Source: Candidatus Altimarinota bacterium (GTDB taxonomy: Bacteria > Patescibacteriota > Gracilibacteria > UBA4473). From it: a DNA stretch of 64,000 bases. Position numbers and translations under genes: made by a program. The notes beneath the pieces are model-generated. The model was not told the DNA's origin, ran no database searches, and was given only the letters and a program-made list of their open reading frames with translations. The DNA is taken from the NCBI GenBank assembly GCA_965231215.1, contig OZ246423.1:1248001-1312000 (forward strand), written 5' to 3'. Every line of letters starts with the position of its first letter. The stretch's first letter is position 1. This document shows, in pieces, positions 57,663 through 64,000 of this stretch.

Positions 57663-60600
57663 GAAGTAAGGATGTAGGCGATATTATCTTCCAAGAATTT
57701 TGTTTTGCGAACCCTGAATGGCAGATTTACAACCTGGGTTGAGAATTTAACTTGAACCTTTATTCCATCGTTTGAAGTGTCTTCATTTTCTTTAAGTAAA
57801 ATCTTTAGTGCCTCTACTTGAGACTTCAAAGTGCTTTGGGGAATATCAATAACAAAAATCTCATCTACAGGAGGGACTGAGACCCCATGAGATTTATCAT
57901 CCTTAGCTTCAAATAAATGTTTATTGCCTTGTACATCCTTTAGGTTTCCAAGTTTAGCTTCATCAACAATACAGTTGAGTTTACCATTTCTATCTTCTAT
58001 TTTACCTCTGATTCTTACAAACGCATCAATATTAAAAATATCAGGCAGGATTGAGTCATACATTTTAGGAAAGATTGCGCATTCAATTTTTCCAGAAGTA
58101 TCTTCTATTTCTAAGAGGGCCATATTTTTTCCAGATTTTGTAATGATCTTTTTTACATTAGTAACAAGACCATGGAGAGTTCGCCTTTTTCCCGCGTCTT
58201 CGGCTTCATTTAAAGCCCCGATAAGACTCCCATATTTTTCAAAATATTGATTAAGGCCTCTTAGAGGATGATCTGATACAAACAGTCCCAAACTTTCGCG
58301 TTCCCATTTCAAGATGTCTTCTTTAGTAGCTTTTGTATTTCGCACAGAAAATTCTATAGCGCTTTCGTCAGCCCCACCAAAAAGCCCCATCTGTCCACTG
58401 TCTTGTTTTTCTTGATAGTCACGGGCAAATTTAGCCAAATCATCAAGAGAATCTACAATCCCTTTTCGATCCCCAAAGGCATCAAAAGCCCCAGAAAAAG
58501 CTAAAGCTTCGAGTGTTTTTTTATTCATTAGTTTAGCCGGCACCCTTTTGGCAAAGTCTTGTAGAGACTCAAAAGCACCCGTGGCATTTCGTTCAAAAAT
58601 AATTTGGTTTACGGTTTCTTCTCCTAGCCCTTTAATGGCGGTAAGGCCAAACCGAATTTTTTTGGAATGCTGAATTTCTTTATTCTCAACTAAAACTTCT
58701 TGCCCAGATTCTACAGGCTTTATGACAGTAAAATGACTCCCGGATTCATTTACACTCGGAGGTAAAACTTCAATTCCCATGAGCTGACACTCATTCATTT
58801 CTAATACAATACGATCTGTATTGTTCCTATCGGTAGTCATCATAGCCGCCATAAACTCAACTGGATAATTGGCTCTTAGATAGGCTGTTTCATACGCAAT
58901 CCTGGCATAACACACTGCATGAGAACGATTAAATCCATATCCAGAAAATGGGACTACAATTTCATCAAAGATTTTAATAGCGAGTTTTTTATCATACTTT
59001 TTTTCGGTAGCCCCTTTGATAAATTTTTCCCGTTGTTCAGCCAAAATCGAAGCAATTTTTTTACCGATAGCTTTCCTCAGAATATCGGCTTCTCCCAAAG
59101 AAAATCCGGCAAATTCTTGAGCAATTCTTAGGACTTGTTCTTGGTATACGGCAATTCCATAAGTTTTATTTAAAATAGGTTTAAGATCCTCATGCAGGTA
59201 TTCCACAGTTTCAGGTTTATGTTTTCCCTGAATATATTGAGGAATATATTCCATCGGTCCGGGCCTATAGAGGGCATTCATAGCCACTAGGTCTTCTAGT
59301 TCAGTTGGACGAAGGTCTCTTAAATACCGTCTCATTCCAGCTGACTCAAACTGAAAAACTCCAGTAGTTTCTCCCTCTGAAAGCATGGCAAAGGTTTTGG
59401 TGTCTTTAAGCTCAATGGTATTGAGGTCGAGTTCAATACCTTCCGTATTATAAATATTCTGAATCGTTTTTTCTAGAACCGTGAGGTTCTTGAGCCCTAA
59501 AAAATCCATTTTCAAAAGCCCCAAGTGTTCTAACTGTTGATATGGAAATTGAGTAATTTTTATAGCCTCAGTTCCTGGCGCCCACTGCAGAGGGGTATAG
59601 TTAGTTAGATCTGATTTTCCAATAATAACCGCACAAGCATGTACCGATACATGTCTCACACATCCTTCTAGTTGTTGCCCAACCTCAAAAATCTTTTTGA
59701 GTTGCGGGTTTTTATCTACAAAGTCTGTAAATTCTTTTACCTTTTTGGCATCATCCAAAGTAAACCCTGGTTTATTGGGTAAAAGTTTAGTCATAGCATT
59801 CATAAGTCCAAACTCAATTCCATGAGCTCTCCCGACATCTTTGAGAGCGGCTTTAGCCGCTAAGGTTCCAAAGGTGCATACTTTTGAGACCTTTTCAGTG
59901 CCATATTTTTCAATCACATACTGCAAAACTTCATCTCGCCTTTCATCCGAAAAATCAATATCAATATCGGGCATAGAGATTCGTTCCGGATTCAAGAATC
60001 TTTCAAAAAGCAATTCATACTCCAGCGGATCAATATTAGTAATTCCCAGTAAATAAGAAATGATTGACCCAGCCGCACTCCCTCGCCCTGGGCCTACAGA
60101 AATCCCATTCTCCTTCGCAAAGTTAATAAAATCAGCCACAATAAGAAAATAAGATTCAAATCCCATTTTTCCTACCACGTTTAATTCATAAGCGAGTCGC
60201 TCTTTGGCTTCGGTTTTTTGGTCATCGGTTTTATATTTCTTTTTAATCGCTTCTAGACATAAGCCCTTTAGCTTATCAGCTGTTGAACTGCCATCATCCG
60301 TTTCAAAGTTAGGCAACAAACTTTGATCAAAAACCATTTCAAAATCAATCCCTTCACAAATTTTAAGGGTATTAAGGCGGGCTTGTTCTAAGAGGGTTGA
60401 GTCTAAGTAATCTAATTCCTTGGTTATTTCGTCCCAAGATTTGAACCAATTTTTTTCTAAAAATTTAAACCTATTAGGATCGCTAACCAGTTGGTTTTTC
60501 CCAATACAGTAGAGAGTATCCGCGGCTTCTTCTCCTTTTGGATCAGCGTATCTAGCATCACTGGTAACCACAAACTCACTGTTAAGGTTCAAGTCTCCTA

Positions 60601-61177
60601 CCCATTTATTAAAGTTTATTTGTTCCTCAAAATGTCTGGCCACAATTTCTAAAAACACATTTTCATGGCCATAAATCGATTGGATTTCAGCCAGAAAACC
60701 TAACGCTTTTTCTTCACCAAAATCACGCCAAAGCCGGCCAAATACTCCTCCAGAAGTTCCCGTCAGGCAGACCAGACCTTTTGAATATTTTTTTAAAAGC
60801 TCTATATCAGCCCGTGGTTTATAATAAAACCCTTCTAGTTGACTCAAAGAGAGAATCTTTACCAGGTTTTCATAGCCTTGAGTATTCTGAGCCAATAGCA
60901 CAATGTGCCCTTCTTTTCCATCTATTCCAGCCCTTCGCTCAAACCGTGAATCAAGCGTCAAAAAAACTTCTGCACCCGCAATAGGTTTAACCCCTTCAAA
61001 CTTTGCAGAAGCTTCAAAAAAATCTAAAATTCCATACCCCACTCCGCTATCGGTAATGGCTACACCAGGAGCTTCATGGCTTTGCGCTAACTCCAAAATA
61101 TTCTTTGGAGACAACGTTCCCGAAAGAATCGAATAAAAGGAGTGCGTATGCAGGTTAACAAATAAATTTTTTGGCAT
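57659..61177 (-). CDS. dnaE: DNA polymerase III alpha subunit
   Basis: VGPGRGSAAGS, FERFLNPERISMPDIDIDF, GLLKMDFLGL, YGFNRSHA; ATG 61177 preferred. Confidence 0.97.
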   Translation of the reverse strand: MPKNLFVNLHTHSFYSILSGTLSPKNILELAQSHEAPGVAITDSGVGYGILDFFEASAKFEGVKPIAGAEVFLTLDSRFERRAGIDGKEGHIVLLAQNTQGYENLVKILSLSQLEGFYYKPRADIELLKKYSKGLVCLTGTSGGVFGRLWRDFGEEKALGFLAEIQSIYGHENVFLEIVARHFEEQINFNKWVGDLNLNSEFVVTSDARYADPKGEEAADTLYCIGKNQLVSDPNRFKFLEKNWFKSWDEITKELDYLDSTLLEQARLNTLKICEGIDFEMVFDQSLLPNFETDDGSSTADKLKGLCLEAIKKKYKTDDQKTEAKERLAYELNVVGKMGFESYFLIVADFINFAKENGISVGPGRGSAAGSIISYLLGITNIDPLEYELLFERFLNPERISMPDIDIDFSDERRDEVLQYVIEKYGTEKVSKVCTFGTLAAKAALKDVGRAHGIEFGLMNAMTKLLPNKPGFTLDDAKKVKEFTDFVDKNPQLKKIFEVGQQLEGCVRHVSVHACAVIIGKSDLTNYTPLQWAPGTEAIKITQFPYQQLEHLGLLKMDFLGLKNLTVLEKTIQNIYNTEGIELDLNTIELKDTKTFAMLSEGETTGVFQFESAGMRRYLRDLRPTELEDLVAMNALYRPGPMEYIPQYIQGKHKPETVEYLHEDLKPILNKTYGIAVYQEQVLRIAQEFAGFSLGEADILRKAIGKKIASILAEQREKFIKGATEKKYDKKLAIKIFDEIVVPFSGYGFNRSHAVCYARIAYETAYLRANYPVEFMAAMMTTDRNNTDRIVLEMNECQLMGIEVLPPSVNESGSHFTVIKPVESGQEVLVENKEIQHSKKIRFGLTAIKGLGEETVNQIIFERNATGAFESLQDFAKRVPAKLMNKKTLEALAFSGAFDAFGDRKGIVDSLDDLAKFARDYQEKQDSGQMGLFGGADESAIEFSVRNTKATKEDILKWERESLGLFVSDHPLRGLNQYFEKYGSLIGALNEAEDAGKRRTLHGLVTNVKKIITKSGKNMALLEIEDTSGKIECAIFPKMYDSILPDIFNIDAFVRIRGKIEDRNGKLNCIVDEAKLGNLKDVQGNKHLFEAKDDKSHGVSVPPVDEIFVIDIPQSTLKSQVEALKILLKENEDTSNDGIKVQVKFSTQVVNLPFRVRKTKFLEDNIAYILTS

Positions 61178-61262
61178 AAAAATAACCAGTCTACAGGTAA
61201 GACAATGGTACCCAAAAAGAGAGGCCATCTCAAAAGAATCAACTACCTTTTTTGTGGAAAAA

Positions 61263-62342
61263 TTACTTTACCACTTGGTACCCGCTAGTTTCTAAAATAT
61301 AGTCTAACTGTTCTACTGAATTGGCGTTTTGGGCCGCTACTTTGTAATCAACTCTGTCATTAATAACTAGTTCGGCCAAAGATTGGTCAAATAGAACCAT
61401 TCTTCCAGTTCCATCAGTCTGCATAGCATTTGGAATCTGGAAAATACTGTTTTGTCTAATATGGTTAGCAATAGCGTAATTTGAAGTAAGTATTTCATAG
61501 GCTAGAGCTCGTCCGCCCTCCCTAGCGGGAATGAGTCTTTGGCTCACTACCATAGCTAGAGTCGCGGCTAATTGTGAACGAATTTGTCCTTGTTTCTCAG
61601 CTGGAAAAGCATCAATAATTCGATGAATAGTTTCAGCCGCACTATTGGTGTGAAGTGTAGAAAATACGACATGCCCAGTTTCGGCCGCAGTAAGAGCGGC
61701 TGAAATAGTTTCCAGGTCTCGCATTTCTCCTACCATCATTACATCTGGATCTTCTCTTAGGGCGGCTTTGAGGCCTCTTTCAAACCCCTGAACATCTCTT
61801 CCTAAAGAGCGCTGATGGACAATACTTCTATCAGAATCAATCAAAAACTCAATCGGATCCTCCATGAGCACAAAATGCTCATTTGCGTTATCAGCCCGAT
61901 GCTTAATCATAGAAGCCAGTGTTGTAGATTTACCATGTCCCGTTGGACCGACCACCAAAACAAGGCCTTTATTGAGACTCATCATATATTGAAGAACAAA
62001 TCGAGGTAAACCTGTAAAAGCAAAATCAGGAATTTTTTCAGGAATTTGACGGAAAGCCATAGCTAAACCGTCTCGTGTATGATAGGCGTTCCCTCTAAAT
62101 CTATTTTTACGAATGGTCGTATACACAAAGTCAATATCTCTAAATTCCTCAAGCTTTGCGTTTTGCTGGGTAGCTAACATCTCTGCACAAAAATTTTGAA
62201 TATCAACAGCTTGAATAATTTCTCCTACGGTCAAAATTTTACCACTAATCCTTAGATAGGCTGGTTTATTAGGGCTCAGGTGAATATCTGAAGCGCCCTT
62301 TTCAATGGCATAATCTAAGATTTGGTCAAAATTTTTCACCAT
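61263..62342 (-). CDS. pilT: Type IV pilus retraction ATPase PilT/PilU family (copy 2)
   Basis: ASDIHL, GPTGHGKSTT, EDPIE, LREDPD, GEMRD, AAETGH, TLHT. Confidence 0.92.
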   Translation of the reverse strand: MVKNFDQILDYAIEKGASDIHLSPNKPAYLRISGKILTVGEIIQAVDIQNFCAEMLATQQNAKLEEFRDIDFVYTTIRKNRFRGNAYHTRDGLAMAFRQIPEKIPDFAFTGLPRFVLQYMMSLNKGLVLVVGPTGHGKSTTLASMIKHRADNANEHFVLMEDPIEFLIDSDRSIVHQRSLGRDVQGFERGLKAALREDPDVMMVGEMRDLETISAALTAAETGHVVFSTLHTNSAAETIHRIIDAFPAEKQGQIRSQLAATLAMVVSQRLIPAREGGRALAYEILTSNYAIANHIRQNSIFQIPNAMQTDGTGRMVLFDQSLAELVINDRVDYKVAAQNANSVEQLDYILETSGYQVVK

Positions 62343-62345
62343 TTA

Positions 62346-63416
62346 TTAGCTTATATTATTGAGTTCAAATAAAGCTCTAAGTTGATTTTTGTCATTAGCG
62401 TATTCAAACGCTACCTCCTTACTAATCTGTTTTGACATCACCAACCCGACCAAAGATTGTTCGAACTGGATCATTCTTCCAGAACTGTCTGTTTGCATCA
62501 CATTTGGAATTTGGAAAATTTTGTCCTGACGAATGTAATTAGCAATAGCGTAATTCATTGTCAGAATCTCAAAGGCCAAAACTCGACCATTACCATCAGC
62601 TCGTGGAATAAGGCGTTGTGAAATAATCATAGAAAGGTTACTTGCTAGCTGACTTCGTACCTGTGGTCGTTGTTCAGCGCTAAAACTATCAAGGAAACGG
62701 TTAATCGTTTGTACGGCACTATTGGTATGAAGCGTTCCAAACACTAAATGACCAGTTTCAGCTAGAGTCAGGGTTGCAGCCATAGTTTCTTTGTCTCTGA
62801 TCTCCCCAATCATTAACAAATCTGGGTCTTCTCTAAGCGACCCCATAATGCCTTCACTAAAGTCTACCACATCACGTCCAATTTCACGCTGTTGTACAAT
62901 ACTTTTCCCATTGCTCGGAATCAAATACTCTACCGGATCTTCAATCGTAAGAATATGTTCGTTAACTTGTGCTGAACGACTTTTAAGCAGAGCCGCAAGG
63001 GTGGTAGATTTTCCCTGTCCAGTAGGGCCTACTACCAATACTAATCCTTCACGAGATCGCATAAGCTCTTCCCCTACAAAAGCCGGAAAACCAAGCTGAG
63101 CAAACTCAGGAGCCTGGCTCATGATTACTCGGAAACAAAGAGAGAGCCCCGTATTGGTATAAAAGGCATTGCCTCTAAGTCGATTTCCTTTGGGGGAAGA
63201 GTATAAAAAATCTACCTGTCTAGACTCTTGAAGTGTTTTTTTCTGCAAATCAGAGAGCATGCCCTCAACCAGCTTAGTAATAAAAGCCGCATCTACAGGA
63301 TTTCCCACAGGTTGCATGGTGCCATCAGATCTCATGAAAATCGGAGATCCCGCAGCAATATGGATATCTGAGACACGGTTTTTTAAGGCGTAATCGATAA
63401 TTTGGTTAAAATCCAT
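62346..63416 (-). CDS. pilT: Type IV pilus retraction ATPase PilT/PilU family (copy 1)
   Basis: VSDIHI, GPTGQGKSTT, EDPVE, LREDPD, GEIRD, AETGH, TLHT. Confidence 0.92.
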   Translation of the reverse strand: MDFNQIIDYALKNRVSDIHIAAGSPIFMRSDGTMQPVGNPVDAAFITKLVEGMLSDLQKKTLQESRQVDFLYSSPKGNRLRGNAFYTNTGLSLCFRVIMSQAPEFAQLGFPAFVGEELMRSREGLVLVVGPTGQGKSTTLAALLKSRSAQVNEHILTIEDPVEYLIPSNGKSIVQQREIGRDVVDFSEGIMGSLREDPDLLMIGEIRDKETMAATLTLAETGHLVFGTLHTNSAVQTINRFLDSFSAEQRPQVRSQLASNLSMIISQRLIPRADGNGRVLAFEILTMNYAIANYIRQDKIFQIPNVMQTDSSGRMIQFEQSLVGLVMSKQISKEVAFEYANDKNQLRALFELNNIS

Positions 63417-63476
63417 AGATTTTTGAGCATATTAATCTAGGGATTATATCACAGTTGGAGCCTTTTTTCAATAGGT

Positions 63477-64000
63477 CTAAGCGCTTTTTTTATAGATATT
63501 ACTTCGGTATGGACTTTTGCTTAAAGAAAGGGTGTTTTCTTTTTTGAATTTTTTCCATTCCTCACGCTGCTCTTCCTCTGGAAGAAGAGCGATACGAGCA
63601 CATTTACTACTACAACAATTCCCATACTTTTTTTTACAATTTTCACACTGGATAAACAGTAAATTACAGGCCTTGTTAGCACAATTTGTATGCGCATCAC
63701 AGGGAGCTCCACACAAATGACACTGAGCAATTACATCATCGGTAATGCGCTCTCCGATTCGTTCATCAAAGACAAAATTTTTTCCAATAAACTTATTCTC
63801 AAGGTTCTTAGACTCTACCTCATGTTTGTATTGAATAATGCCACCGTGAAGCTGATAGACTTTTTTAAATCCATGATGTCGGAGGTAGCTACTCGCCTTT
63901 TCACACCGAATTCCACCGGTACAGTAAAGCAGTACTGGTGAATCTTCCTTTCCTTCTAACATATCTTTAGTCATAGGCAGCTCTTCCCTGAAAGTAGCCG
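63477..64000 (-). CDS. trhO: Rhodanese-domain tRNA uridine(34) hydroxylase, 5'-truncated by the window edge
   Basis: TFREELP...YCTGGIRCEKAS, YQLHGGI, GKNFVFDER, NCAN..C.LLFIQC; the frame is open to the window end. Confidence 0.92.
   Translation of the reverse strand, partial: ATFREELPMTKDMLEGKEDSPVLLYCTGGIRCEKASSYLRHHGFKKVYQLHGGIIQYKHEVESKNLENKFIGKNFVFDERIGERITDDVIAQCHLCGAPCDAHTNCANKACNLLFIQCENCKKKYGNCCSSKCARIALLPEEEQREEWKKFKKENTLSLSKSPYRSNIYKKSA

Overview
This window looks like chromosome of an AT-rich, genome-reduced Patescibacteria (CPR) bacterium, most resembling Peregrinibacteria/Gracilibacteria-class lineages. That placement is inferred from gene content and was not searched. Translation table 11 applies, since TGA acts as a stop in ATGA overlaps. 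The first ~2.1 kb is the right end of a T-rich rolling-circle element, possibly inovirus-like, carrying a Rep_trans initiator, a membrane-anchored Mrr-type nuclease, a Zn-ribbon protein and a repeat-rich cis region. The rest is mostly housekeeping genes in scrambled order: dispersed V/A-type ATPase subunits D and B, clpP, asparaginase, ribH-ribB, ldh, chorismate mutase, rsmI, ADP-forming acetate-CoA ligase, rlmD, mutL, gatCA, carA with a stand-alone N-terminal half of carB, rplS, tig, proS, rnhA, folC, tRNA-Val(TAC), sortase, trpS, CIRCE-controlled groESL with hrcA, a frameshifted priA, dnaE, tandem pilT and partial trhO. Many surface or secreted orphan genes are interspersed. The strongest novelty candidates are: (1) a 766-aa NUDIX hydrolase fused to a divergent RelA/SpoT-type synthetase domain; (2) two adjacent proteins sharing an ungapped non-Sec N-terminal motif, one ending in an M15-like peptidoglycan peptidase; (3) two adjacent secreted proteins built from a shared 4-Cys repeat; (4) a secreted double-SNase protein lacking catalytic residues; (5) two promoter classes, leaderless and GC-discriminator. 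All family calls come from motif recognition by eye.
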